From Hydrolagus colliei (Eukaryota), in assembly GCA_035084275.1 (NCBI GenBank), contig CM068750.1:7440001-7504000 (forward strand): a stretch of 64,000 nucleotides of DNA, written 5' to 3'. The position numbers were made by a program, and so were the translations under genes. Positions 12,601-60,289 of this stretch are shown piece by piece; the stretch's first letter is position 1; the number at the start of each line of letters is the position of its first letter. The notes below the pieces were generated by a model. That model was not told the DNA's origin. It searched no databases and saw only the letters and a program-made list of their open reading frames with translations.

Positions 12601-12869
12601 CAGAAAGGACTTCCCCTGTTTGGTCATGCTAGGGCCTGCTTTACAATCCCGTGATAGGAAAGAACAAAATGAAAGAGCAAGCAGATTTTCCTAGATTTAG
12701 TTACCCGCCTTCTCGAACCTGGAAACCTGCTCCCTGCAAGGAAAGCACACAATACGGCATTGAACAAATCTAAGCGAACATTCAGTAATCATTTGCAGTC
12801 ATTCCGTAATGTAACTTTACCTTTAAGCAGGTCAAAAGAGTACGGCAAACTGTCACTGCAGTTGGGCAT
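6561..12869 (-). CDS. Organic solute transporter subunit alpha-like (SLC51A/OST-alpha family), 7 coding exons, 933 nt, 310 aa
   Basis: Exons 12821-12869, 11302-11456, 10313-10386, 9691-9849, 8493-8604, 7572-7827, 6561-6688 join in frame with GT-AG junctions and no internal stop; motifs FVPRA, GPCCCCCTCLP, LQPxIxSxLA, CxPxYSSKxR, ILEMF...RKYY. Confidence 0.9.
7040..7370 (-). mobile_element. Old SINE-like family B copy
   Basis: gagatcagctaattcagcac and cctaatcctgtctttatctgacatc blocks shared with the copies at 4230 and 55150. Confidence 0.5.
7572..7827 (-). CDS. OST-alpha-like exon 6 (256 nt)
   Basis: ccag|GTA...TTA C|gtaagt; VHLNDPLFYIKILLNVSAVLSLYAF...AKYAIIIVYVIVCNLQPLILSSLATYNVIPCLPLYSSKNRAL. 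Confidence 0.92.
8493..8604 (-). CDS. OST-alpha-like exon 5 (112 nt)
   Basis: cacag|A AAA...CAG|gtaact; (R)KAYKVLRIGILQALTLQPLLQFISTILWADGEYNNGQ. Confidence 0.9.
9691..9849 (-). CDS. OST-alpha-like exon 4 (159 nt, poly-Cys motif)
   Basis: ttag|A TAT...AG|gtatag; YASLALFGFFHLTIAYLGGVTEAIDKLQYVDTPLNLGPCCCCCTCLPKVKIS; not in the ORF track. Confidence 0.93.
9944..10288 (+). mobile_element. tRNA-derived SINE family A, long variant
   Basis: A box tagctcagtgg, degenerate B box gtttgattccc, shared 3' body and aaggatta(tta)n tail. Confidence 0.88.
10313..10386 (-). CDS. OST-alpha-like exon 3 (74 nt)
   Basis: ttttcttag|GTA...GT|gtaagt; VTTVAYQLGMFVPRAGILVDFVSA(V). Confidence 0.9.
10774..10794. repeat. 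(TG)n microsatellite
   Basis: gtgtgtgtgtgtgtgtgtgtg read directly. Confidence 0.9.
10971..11286 (-). mobile_element. tRNA-derived SINE family A, full length
   Basis: Minus strand reads tggaatcctgtagctcagtggttggagcactcgccttacaagcgag...ttcgaatcc...atcaaatgcaaggattattatt. Confidence 0.92.
11302..11456 (-). CDS. OST-alpha-like exon 2 (155 nt)
   Basis: ctctag|AC CTC...CCT|gtaagt; (D)LTPDGIAVMVVLNAVAIANYCIFIELWIYVNNNVLNTLIKEKTMVVLALFP. Confidence 0.9.
12460..12625 (+). mobile_element. Degraded Deu-domain (AmnSINE1/SacSINE1-like) fragment
   Basis: gccttttggatgagacataaac...ggtggaagttaaagattccc resembles the Deu-domain core as I recall it. Confidence 0.5.
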
Positions 12870-13150
12870 TGTTACTGTAATAAGCGAAGCTTCGGGTGAA
12901 ATGGTTCAGGAATGTTAAGGGCTAAATATTCCACTTCGGTCGAGTGCTGCTGTGGCTTCTTTTTGTTAAAGATCTGGTTGCTGTTCGATACTTTGTTGTA
13001 CCCAAGTACAGTAAAGATAAGTATTTGCGCAACAATGCAGCATTTTATTCTGCCAGCTACTCGCCCCCGCATAACACACAGAATAGGCAACAAAATCTAT
13101 CCTCCAGGCAAGACCAGACGCATTGATTGCGGAGTCAAACCGAAAGAGAA
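12640..13150 (-). promoter_or_regulatory. CpG-retaining putative promoter of the OST-alpha-like gene
   Basis: About 18 CpG in 500 bp by eye in a CpG-depleted background, spanning the first coding exon; GC-box-like cgcccccgc near 13062. Confidence 0.45.
12821..12869 (-). CDS. OST-alpha-like exon 1 (coding part)
   Basis: acaATG (A at -3), in-frame TGA 13 codons upstream; MPNCSDSLPYSFDLLK then AAG|gtaaag, phase 1 matches exon 2; N-C-S sequon. Confidence 0.8.
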
Positions 13151-14712
13151 GTTAGCAAGAAAAGTGAACTTTGCAATGTAACCCTTCATGTGCTGTAAGC
13201 TTTTTTTCATTCTATTGTATTAGTTAAAGGACCAAAGAATCGCTATTTCTTGACAATATTTTCCAAAAGTACACTGAAAACACAAGAGAAGTATTAGAAA
13301 AATAAATGAGTTCTGCCACATCTCCCTTTGAGATGGTGACGCCCTTTTAGTCCAAATCTGCAATGGGTTAAGGTTTTATCAGCTATACATGACTAACAGA
13401 CAAACAGTAATAAAAGCAGGATATCGAACTGAGATATTTGATGTGGACAGAAGGTGCGAATTGGAACAATTGCAAAGCGGATAAAGGATTTTACCAGAAT
13501 TGGATATGAATGCAGCAACCTGCCAACTGGAGCTAGTGTTTAGGGCTTGGCTTTAAGATAAGAGAGTTACAGTAAATTAAACTTTACAAAGCAACAGTAA
13601 CTGACCCTTGCCTACATTATCCCCATGATAGTGGAAGTTTTGAACACTGACTACATTAATCTAGCTTGCAGCCTGACCAGCAACATTAGTTTTGTGAGCC
13701 AGCTCTGGTCTTCTCTAGGGCTCTAAGCTACAACCACCTCAAACCTGCTTAGCAACACGCTTTTCTTGGAAATCTCCAAAGAGCTTTGCTAACCTGACAT
13801 TCTTGTGTCTGGAATCTAAAAGGAAGAATCCAGGTGTAGGTGACAAGGTCGGGAGAAATCCATGTGTGTGGATATATAAAATATATAATATATATAGTTA
13901 TTTGTATGTCAAGGATTATTGCTGTTACCACAGCCCCTCTCTCGCTAGTAAAAGTGTCTTGAGAGAGAGGAATGGAAGATGGGCAGAACATCTCTTTGGC
14001 CCATTTATCTCTTCCTTCCAGAATATGAACATGATAGTTCTCCCATCAGATTTTTTTTAAATAAAAAAAACTTTGTCCAGCTTCCTGGTCTTAACCGCCC
14101 TGCCTGCTGACTCACTCCAGTCACTGATTAACCTCTGAATAAAGAAATGCTCTTTGGTGCCCATGCCTTTGCATTCTTCTGTGTCCTCTTAATTACCATA
14201 CAACTACTCACTCATTTGACACACTGCTTTGAGTTACTGGAGCAACTTCTACAGTCTATCCTTCCCATTATATTATTCTGCTGTGTTTTTTTAAATCTCC
14301 GTAGAAGGAAACACTTATGTGTTCTTTTCTCTAAACTAGACGTTGACAAAGCCACAACTTCTGTAACCTAACTGGTTATGTAACTCTCCTCTTTCCCTTC
14401 AGTCAGAAGACTGAAAACAGATGTTATTAGCTGAATCAGATTCCATGAGAAAGGATGTGAGATAATCAGAATGCAGCAACCACAAACATACCAGTTCATT
14501 TTGCTTTCCAGATGGGGCTTCAATGTGCCCAAGTATTTGAGAATCAGCCAGAATAGCTGCAGCATTGATACGGAACATGGACTACAGGAACCTTTATACA
14601 CAGTGTTAGATCTTATTGGTGGGATCTTAACAGCTCCTATCAATAAAGAGAATGAGACCACATAACCCAAAGTTCTTTGGCCTTTCGCTGTGTGTGTTAA
14701 TTCAGATTCCAC

Positions 14713-15023
14713 ATAATAATCATCCTTGCATTTTGATATAGAGCTTTTCACAACTTCTAGATGTCTCAAAACGCTTCACAGAATAATAAAGTTAATTGAC
14801 TGTATATTTGTGGGTGAAACACGCAGCCAATTGCGCACAACAGTGTCCCACAAACAGTCATGGATTGAGTGACCAAATTGTTACAGGTTTTTTTTGACGG
14901 ATTATTATTAGGTGTATGGAGTAATGAAACTTGCCCAAGTTTTCGCTCTGACCTGCCTGGATTGAAAACACAGGTCTCACGTTTGTAAGGTGTGTGCTCT
15001 AACCACTGAGCTACAGGACTCCA
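14713..15023 (-). mobile_element. tRNA-derived SINE family A, full length
   Basis: Close match to 10971-11286 over the whole length. Confidence 0.92.
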
Positions 15024-15407
15024 TATATTCTCAGGGTCATTGATTCCCACAAACTCGCTCCCCAGTGAACATTCTTGACAATCTACTGTTCAAACAATGC
15101 TTTAAAATTAAAGAACACTACAGCTATTGTCGCAATAGGAATTGATTAACCTGATGTATTTGCAGGAATGTTTCAGAGATCCCAGTGCACTGATGCTGAA
15201 CTCTTATTTCACACTCAATCCACTTTTTAGACAATGTTTTTACATTTAAAAAAAAATCAAAAACAAGCAAAAGGTTTGTAAAACAAAGTCATATGTTCTG
15301 GGAGATGATCTACGCACAACAGCAGTCCTTAAATGAGAACCGGAGGCTATTTAATACTCTCTTGTAATCATCATTGATCCCCAACAAAGGGCCTCTTATA
15401 CCAATGG

Positions 15408-15490
15408 ATAATCCTTGCATTTGATACAGCGCTTTTCACATCTTCTAGACAACTCAAATTGCTTCACAGAATATACTGTAAAGTGATTTG
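15408..15490 (-). mobile_element. SINE family A 3' fragment
   Basis: ataatccttgcatttgatacagcgcttttcac...cttcacagaatatactgtaaagtg. Confidence 0.8.
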
Positions 15491-17409
15491 AAAATGAACT
15501 TGTGAAACAGCTTCATAAAGGCAAGCCAACGAAGAAACATTTCTGTTTAGTTTCAAAAATATTTGCTTAAGGAATTAAGGATTAAGGGTTAATGACTCCA
15601 TTGCTTGAATATGATGACCACAAGATGGAGCTCAGAATACATGCTCAATACAAACATTTGCCTTTTTTCCTATTAAGGTATTGTATCTCAGTTTATTCAA
15701 CAATGATTGAAAAGGTATTGGATGAGAGACCTAGAAATTTAAATATCCTGCAGTCTATAAGCAAATATTGAATTTGTGTACATGTGAGTTACTGCACAAC
15801 GCCTTGTCCATAATCAGCGTTCAGTGCTCAATTTCTGCATCACCTTCATTCACTGCACAACACTCACCATACACCTTGCCTGGTTTTTTGCTGTTCCTCT
15901 GTCACCACCCTTTGTATCAACCTCTGACAAACTAAGGGTTGATATTCTGAAGTATTACATTTTAGATGCTGGATATTAAATAACAACAACAACTTGCATT
16001 GATATGGGGCATCTCGGAGCTCTTAACAGTAGCAGAGCTGACACTGATCAGTGACATGTATTCTAGAAATGTGAAGCGGCGTCTGTCTTTATGTTGTACA
16101 TGGAAGTTGAAACGCTCTGAGACGCCATCCGGCATGGAGGGCGCTATATAAATCGAAGTTGTTGTTGTTGTTGGAAGAGCTACAAATGATCAACATGAGA
16201 GCAGGAAAACAATGGAGTGTTAACAAGACGTTGGGTTCATAAAGCTTTTGGAAGGAAAACGACGGTGTATATGCAAGTTGTAGGGAAAAAAAACTCTTTG
16301 TAATGTAGGTCTTGTGCCTGCACATCACAAGCACTCAACAGAATGCTATTCTGACTCAGGAAAGCCTCACAGCAGAGATCACACAAGTCAACGCAACATA
16401 CTTAGAGCTCCATGAGAGATGTGCTTTGTATCTTGAGATGCTTTGCCAGGCGCTTGCCCCACATACAGTGTATTTTTTCCAATTCAAAGCCGTGCATCCA
16501 ACAAATTCTATTTGTTGGCACATTGTTGTTTTCAGTTCAGTAAAGCTGAAAAGTCATTGACTTAATATCCCAATCCAGTCTCGATTTGAATGATCAAAAG
16601 TGTACTTTTAACAACTCTCCGCTGAATCTAACAGCATGTTTGCAGCTGCTGGTTTGCCTTTTTTCCAGCTCCAACCAGCCCAATGTGACAAATAGCCCCC
16701 TTCTGTGCAGCGCTCATTATAATTCTATGACAAATGTCACTTCAATTAAGAAGATGAATAGCCCCATTTGAATTTCGGCCCAATTTCTTGCACGTCACAA
16801 ATCTGGAGGAGAAAGGAACATTTTCTTTTCTTTGTACTACACGGGGAAAGTGTGACTTGGTATCTAATTGCAAGCCGCCTCATTCCCAAGAGCAGGTAGT
16901 GTGTAAGTGTGCTGCCATTTACCCAGCTCATTTTGGTTGCCCAGTATTCCCACATGCTAGTTGCAATGCTGTGAGGGAAAAGTATTACCATTAAACAGGA
17001 ACACAAGGCAACAGCTAAGAATTATATGGTCTTCTCATCGAGACACCTGAAGATTATACATAAATGTGCTTAGCTCTTCGTTCCTCAGCAACAAACAACA
17101 TGCTGTGCAAATAGAAATGCAAAACGTTTATACATTTTTTTCCCCACAATTTTGAATTCTATGTTGTCAACCGTGTGATAAAGAGCAATGATCTGACAAT
17201 CTCAAATCTCCCAGAGGTGAAAAAGAGGGGCAAAGTGTGGTCTCGGATCAGGCAGATGAAAGAATATAAATTATGGAAGACTCACACTTAGTGCAACATC
17301 GAGGACAATTTGTAAAGTACAAAGTGGTTTCTGGTTCTGTACTTATAACAGAGCTTGATGTCAGTGCTCTGGGACGCTATGCTACATGAGGGGCACTATC
17401 CCTAACCCT

Positions 17410-17785
17410 GTCAAGTAGCTCAGTGATTAGAGCATTCGCCTTACATGCGAGACACTTAGGTTCGATTCGACGCAGGCCGAAACCTTGGGCAAATTTCCTT
17501 AACAGCAACAACAAAATTACACTTGTATAGCGCCTTTCACGTCAGAAGGATGTCCCAAGATGCTGACTTACTCCACACCTGATAATAATCCGTCAAGAAA
17601 AAAAACAAGAAAAAATTGATCATTTGAATCCACGGCTGTTTGTGGGACACTGTTGTGTGCAATTCGCTGCCACATTTTGCCCACAAATACACAGTCAATT
17701 CACTTTGCAGTATATTTTGTGAAGTGTTGTAAGACATTTAGAAGGCGTGAAAAGCGCAATTTCAAAATGCAATGATTATTATTAT
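17410..17785 (+). mobile_element. SINE family A with nested inverted L2-tail insertion (17502-17566)
   Basis: tRNA head with gttcgattc, body interrupted by a 65-bp L2 tail flanked by a ctta duplication. Confidence 0.88.
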
Positions 17786-19336
17786 ACATACAAGTAAGTT
17801 ATTGTTTTTATTAAAGGGTATCTAAACCAAACTGAGTTCCATGTATCCCAGCTATCACATGGGACATGGGATAATTTATAATTAATTTACACAGCTGGAA
17901 GAAGTCTTTAGTTCTCACATTAAGATGAAAATAGTACATTTGAGCAGAAAGCAAGACCCAGAATACATTGCCAGAAGATGCATTAAAGGGCAAATATTTG
18001 GACATCTGAAATAGAGTCAGTCTGCTCATGGCTTTGGTTATCAGCAGAAGTTAACAACTTTAGATGCTCAGTGTCTTCTGATTCATCTCTTTCTAATGTT
18101 CCCAATGGATAATTGATTCACATGCAAGATCTTCTAAATGAATTCAGGATCAATAACTAATCTATTGTTTAAATTCACTGGGTGCCACTAGGTAATCAAA
18201 ACAGAGTTGGTTAATTCTGATCAGGTATCAACAGATGATTTCCTCACTGATTGAAATCCATTCTAAATAATTAAACTAATTGCAAAGCTCAGCTTGAATT
18301 ATCATTTGGATTAACATCTTTACAAGGCTGCAAAGTAAGGCAGGATGGTGATCTGAAAAATTCTGACACTGATACTTTTCAAAATTTCTGAGACAGCTGT
18401 TTGTGACAATTTATCTGAATGCCAGTCACATAAAATATCAAAGTACAGTACTATACTTCAAATCTTATATTGCTTCAATCAAAGATGTGGCCACCTTTAT
18501 TGTTATCCACCACTGAATTGGTTCCAATTTATTGCTATATTTAATTTAGTCATTGCACGGAATGAACATGAAAAAAACCTTACTGAGTGTCATTGGCCTT
18601 ATTCCTAAACTTCACAATAACTGCCCCATTCCTAACCCAGGTTTATTGCGTTGCTCACTTAGATTTGGTGTGAAGACACATTTGAAAGTGATGTCCTTAG
18701 AGGTCTTATTTTCCAATTTAAAAATGTTTCAAGACTAACCAAACAGCTCAAAGAAGTACAGCTTCAATGGTATGATTTGTTTATGAAACGATCAACTCCA
18801 AAATAAATTCTAAGTTGCTTTCGCTCATGTTGACAAGCTATATTGCACATATCTTCACAGACCAGTTGGGCCAAATATCCTGTTACCAAGTTCAAATAAT
18901 TCTATCAATAAATTTGTCATGCTTTTGACAATAAGTCACCAATATTAAACTTGGATCACATAATCCTCCATCAAGATCCATTCTTATTGACTCCAGTCTT
19001 GAACAATTTCCAGAATTCGACTTTACGTAACTTCTCCCCCTCGTTTATGAACTTTAGCAAGGTTTTACAGGTAAGGAATGGGGCTGACTGACCTAACATG
19101 ACATGAAGCACCTGAAAGCCAGCACTGCAAACCGACCCCGTCTTCACCAGCTGAAGATTTTAACGACATCACTTGGAAATCACATATGTTGCCAGGAGCT
19201 TTGTCCGTGGATGACATTTTATAATTAAAAAAAACATGAAATATCATAAACAGTGGCACTCATAACATTCAAGGCGGGGATGCTTTCTTTAAAAAAAGAA
19301 GTCTGAAAATATTTAACATATTTATAAAATAAATCC

Positions 19337-19342
19337 TTTATT
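19337..19342 (-). terminator. ACTN1: Probable ACTN1 polyadenylation signal AATAAA
   Basis: tttatt on + strand about 355 nt past the stop codon. Confidence 0.6.
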
Positions 19343-19696
19343 ATGCTGTGTAATGAGTGAACTTGAATTTTTTTGTGCGCGATGGTGAGTTACAATGTGG
19401 CCTGTTTTCAATATACATAACAGGTGTACGTTAGTAGAAAAACATGGAATGCGACATTGTGCTTGACTACAGACATCACAACAAACGTAAACGGTACATT
19501 TTGATTTTTTGGGGGGAACATTTTGAGAAAAATACCTATTTCTATAATAAAATATGTTTTGAAGTTGTCTGAAGAAAAAAACATTTCTTCTGTAAACTGC
19601 ACTTGCCATCCCAAGCAGACATTTCGCATTTTCTTTAGTTTAAAGCCAATAGAGGTGAGCAGACACTGGCTGCATCTGAAAGATGCAGTTTTTTTT

Positions 19697-55604
<35,908 letters not shown>

Positions 55605-57189
55605 CTATTGTGTTTATATTTTACACAAATTAAAAAAAAGATGTTTCCACCGTTTCAGCTCGGTTTACATTAAATATCCTCTGGTAAAGCTTATCCAGTT
55701 CAGAGAATGGGGCAGCTTTAGTTGACCACAGTAGTTCACAAAGTAAATCCTCATCCACTTCAAATTGTTAATGTTATGGGATGAAACACTATTTTGATCA
55801 CTTCCCAGTATGTGCATGCCTTTTCACCACCCAAATCATAACAAAGTACAGAGCAAGTGCGAAGGCACTCAGAATAGGACAGCGCATCTCAAATACCATC
55901 CAAGAAATAGCGACAACAACAAAACCCCCCAATATGAATTAATAGTTATCTGACAGATGGTTCCACCATTTGCAGTTTGCCTTCACAACAAGGGTGGAAT
56001 CTTTTCCTTTCTCTTCTTCCCCCCCTGCAGCTAACCATGACAGGGCTAACACAGACATCCCCCCACCCATTCAAGCCACTCTTCAATGCAAGCCACATTC
56101 ACAAATTCAGAAAGAGATTGGTGACACATTTACAGAGGATACTAATATCTGTATTATGTACTATGGTCAAAACCCGTCAGAGTAGGTTTTTCCAAAAAGC
56201 CTTCAAAATACCTCCCAAAAAGAGACCTGCTGGAAGTCTTTCCCTGGACTAATTCTCTCAGGAGAGGCACAAAGGCATCCTGTGGTTTTGTGAGGTGGAA
56301 AGTAATCTGACAGAAGCCTCGGGCCCAGAATACACAATAACTCTGGTTTGCAGATCAATCCCTCCTCAACACACATGGGTTATGCTTCCCTCAGCTCAAA
56401 AAGGTAAAATCTCAATAAGAAGTCCCCTACCTTCTAGCGAAACCCCCCTCTCCACCCCCCTCTCTCCTCCTCTCAATATAAATCTGAATAGTTTTTAAAG
56501 AGGTAGTTTGCCTTCTGTTCTGTTGATTATCTATTGCATTTAATCTTGTCTGAAGGGCGTACTCTGTAAAATCTCTGCCTTAAGGCATACAAAATGTATG
56601 AACTGAACTGTGAAAGAATTCTTTGTAGTTAATACTGCACCATCCAGTTTACCTTCCCGATACTGACTTAATAATGGGTTTCTTTAAAATTATTGCATTT
56701 TTCATTTCCTACCCATTATTTTATTTCCTTAGAATACAAAGGATCACATCAAATACCAATAATAAAACACCACCCATAATACAAACTGACGTTCTAGAAA
56801 GCACGACAGTATCTTTATTTTACAATCTCTCAGTACAAATAGTTTGCTTTATCGGAGTCTCTCAGCTGCCAGAAGCTTTTAATGCACATCATTATCAAGT
56901 ACAAATGTTGCTTGTGGTCAATTTCCTCTTCAAATTGAAGCATTATAACTAAACTGAACAAAAAATAAATAAAACTGCCTTTGCCAGGAAGATGCAGAGA
57001 ACATCTTCATCACATGTGCTGAGGAACTACGATAAATGTGGCTTTATCTCCTCAGACTTCTAAACTGCTTAATCCTTACATTTGATATGGAGCCTTAACA
57101 CATCATCAAAATATCACAAAGTGTTTTACGCTCAATGTGGTCAGCGACTAGGGTGGGGGTTTGTAGCCTCTCGGCCAGGACACAGAGAA

Positions 57190-57420
57190 ATTAGAATACA
57201 TTAGGAAACATTAGAATATGCAGCACAGAAACAGATAATTTGACCCAACTGGTCTATGCCAGCGTTTATGCTCCACATGAGTCTCTTCAACTAAGCCTAC
57301 AAGCCGTTCCTTCTATTCCTTTCTCCCTCGTGTACCTATTTAGCTTCTCCTTAAATACATTTATGCTATTTGCCTCAACAACCCCTTGGGTAGCAAGTTC
57401 CACATTACTTTGCACTCATC
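57190..57420 (-). mobile_element. CR1 3' UTR fragment
   Basis: Repeated attaga(a) tail and cagcacagaaaca...cccaactggtctatgcc, typical of an antisense CR1 end. Confidence 0.6.
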
Positions 57421-58439
57421 AATAACTAGGTCATGAAGTCATTTGTAACATTCTTTGCAGTTTCTTACCACAGGGGCAGGAAACATGAATTTACAAACTA
57501 AGGAAACCACATTGCAGAGAAGTCTCAAACTCAATTCAAAGTAGCTCAACTTAAACGTAGGTTAACGGAAATCGCTTTAGAACGTATACTCATTTTGTAT
57601 ACATTACAGGTACGTATGCATTTTGAAAATAGCAGGGATGAATATTTTAGAGTTTTAGCATCATTACCTTTGAAGTTCAGGATGTATCTATGTAGAATTG
57701 GAAGGGTCCAGGACACAATAATATTTTCCTAGGGCTGAATGGTGGAAGGGGTCAGGTTGATGAACTGAATTACCTGCTATAGTTCCCTTCTTTATATTCT
57801 GACAAAATTCAAAACTGCACCATCAAAGTTTCGTTTTGACCTCAACCTCCAACTTCAATCAATCTTTTCCCAGATATTCAATGTGACAAAGTTGGGACAA
57901 TTTCAGGAGGCTGGTCCTAGTTTTACAATAACATAAAAAGTAACACAGTAAGGTCCAATCTTTTAAATTTTAAATATCCTTCAGGCAGATAATCAATCAT
58001 TTTGCATTGGTTTAAATGTCATTTATTGTAACCAAGATCTAAGGATATTGTCCTTCCCAGTGTCAATCACTAGTAATTCAACTAGAGATTCATCTAGTAA
58101 CACCAACCTACGTCATGATTCCAGTCAACATAATAATATAACATATGGTCCAATCAGAGTGCAATGACTGGAACAATGTGATCAATTTAATAGAATGTAT
58201 GTACAACAGTAAACCCTCAAGATTATTGGCACCCCAAGGAGCAAAGGTATACATCTGAAACTCAACTGATAGCAACCCTGAACACGGAAACAAGTTGCAA
58301 AATCAAACCATTCTTCTGCAGCCAATGTTGAAATGCATTACTGTGCATTTGATAAACGATCTACCATTTGAAAAGCGTGTGTTACACTCAAGGTCCTAGG
58401 TTTTTTTGTACAGCTTCAATTATTAATAGTCCTGTTTGG

Positions 58440-58993
58440 CCCTGAACTATCCTTTCTACCCCACATCCGCATCAAGACCAGCACTGCCTTCCACCACCTC
58501 AGTAACATTGCCAGACTCCAACACTGCCTCATGCCCTCAGGCTGCCAAAACCCTCACCCATGCATTCGTCACATCCCGGCTCCATTGGCTCCTCATCCCC
58601 CGGAGGATTGAATTCAAGATCCTCATCCTCATTTTCAAAGCCATCCATGGCCTTGCCCCTTCCTATCTCTCCAACCTGCCTGCCGCCTCTGTTCAGTGGG
58701 CTCCGGTCTGTTCCATGTCTCCTGCCCAACCTGCCCTACCATCAGTGGCCGGGCTTTCAGACTCTCTGTCCCCATACTCTGGAACTCCATCCCACACTCC
58801 CTTCAACTTGCTTCCTCCCTTGCCTCCTTCTCAAGGCACTCCTTTTCGATCTCTTTTCTGCCGTTCTCCCATCTCTCTCCCTCCTCCCTACCATGCCCAA
58901 CCTCCATGCTCGGGTCCAGATCCCTGACTGTTCAGCGCCTTAGGACGTCCTTCCAATGCAAAGGGCGCTCTATAAATGTAATTGTTGTTGTTA
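58440..58993 (+). mobile_element. L2 LINE 3' fragment with internal deletion
   Basis: AKTLTHAFVTSRL joined directly to HWLLIPRRIEFKILILIFKAIHGLAPSYLSNL, then GRAF...PILWNSIP; tail gcgctctataaatgtaattgttgttgtt. Confidence 0.88.
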
Positions 58994-60289
58994 TAATTGG
59001 GCTCTGGAATCATACAGCAAGTTCAAATAAAATGGCAACTCAAGGAAGAGAAGAGGAGCATCTGAGGAAACGACAGGCATTTTTCTGGCAGGAAATTCAG
59101 GCCTGGAGAAGCGCAGTGTTTGTGGATTCGACATCCATCTGGGTCTCAGTCTAAAGACAACTTGCCTACAGCAATCCAATCAAGGATGTGATTTACAGCA
59201 CTACGTCATTGTTCTTCCCACAAAGTGAATTAGTAGTGCAAGTGCTCCTTTTAAAAAAAAGTAAATTAAATTGACTTATTATTTTTACGATTAGGACAGT
59301 TTCTGAATGTTTGATATACTGAGCTCACTGTTCTACTGTATAAGTAATGTAAGCACATTTCTGGAAATTATCAGATCTTTCTCCATCTGTTTCAATATTA
59401 GGATATTTTGTCCACCACTCAATCCAAAACCATTCAAATCCAGAGTGCAAGTTCAGAGTTGTTTATGATACAAGTACTGCAAAAGACCTTTACAATCCTT
59501 ATCTGAGAGTGCAGAAATGAGCACCAATGAAGCTTTCGGTGATTAGAGATTGAGAAATTGTCATTACGGTTGGGATCATGTTGAATCGATATTGTGCAGC
59601 AAATATTCCCTTCAGGTGCAATGTACAACAACATACTGTGTTATATTGCTCTGCTATTACAGTAGCCACCAGGCAATGTTCAGCAGCAGCTCTGGGATGA
59701 CTCATCCTCCACTTCCACACCCTTAAACTCCACAGTGTCCTGCTGAAATCATCCTTGATCAGGAACTGAGCAGATCAGGAAGCAGAGTAAATACAGCCCA
59801 CATCCTACATTTTGTGCTGTACCATGTTGCCATCTACATTATTTTCAAGGTTCCACTTCCCATTGGCCTCCCTTTTCTTCCTTCCAATTTGGAATAAAGA
59901 CTGCCTGCAGCTCCTGAGATTCTGTATAAACACAAGCTGTTCAGCTTGAGCTTTCATGAATTATCAAAGCTGCTTTTGCTACATTAGTTCTGCCTGCTAG
60001 CTCTACAGTCTCAAGACTTTTTACAGTCTACTATTTAATGCACCAGTGTGTTACAGGAAAATCACTACAGTATAATGTTTTAAAATAAACATTTGGAAGC
60101 AATTGCTCCCAAGAACGAAATCACAATAGTAATTCTGCTGGAAGGAATATTTATTTATTCAACTTCTTATTTCTTAGTTCTTATTTCTGTACTTTATCTG
60201 CTTAAATATCAGATGCCACAAAACCGATAATTGACACAAATTGTTGTGTACACTCTCCTGTCTCAGCAACCCGCAAACAAATGCAACAT

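Noticed and set aside
14497-14665. + strand acceptor ttttgctttccag with AATAAA at about 14642, a possible divergent lncRNA exon
   Set aside because: Only generic motifs; no homology or phase evidence.
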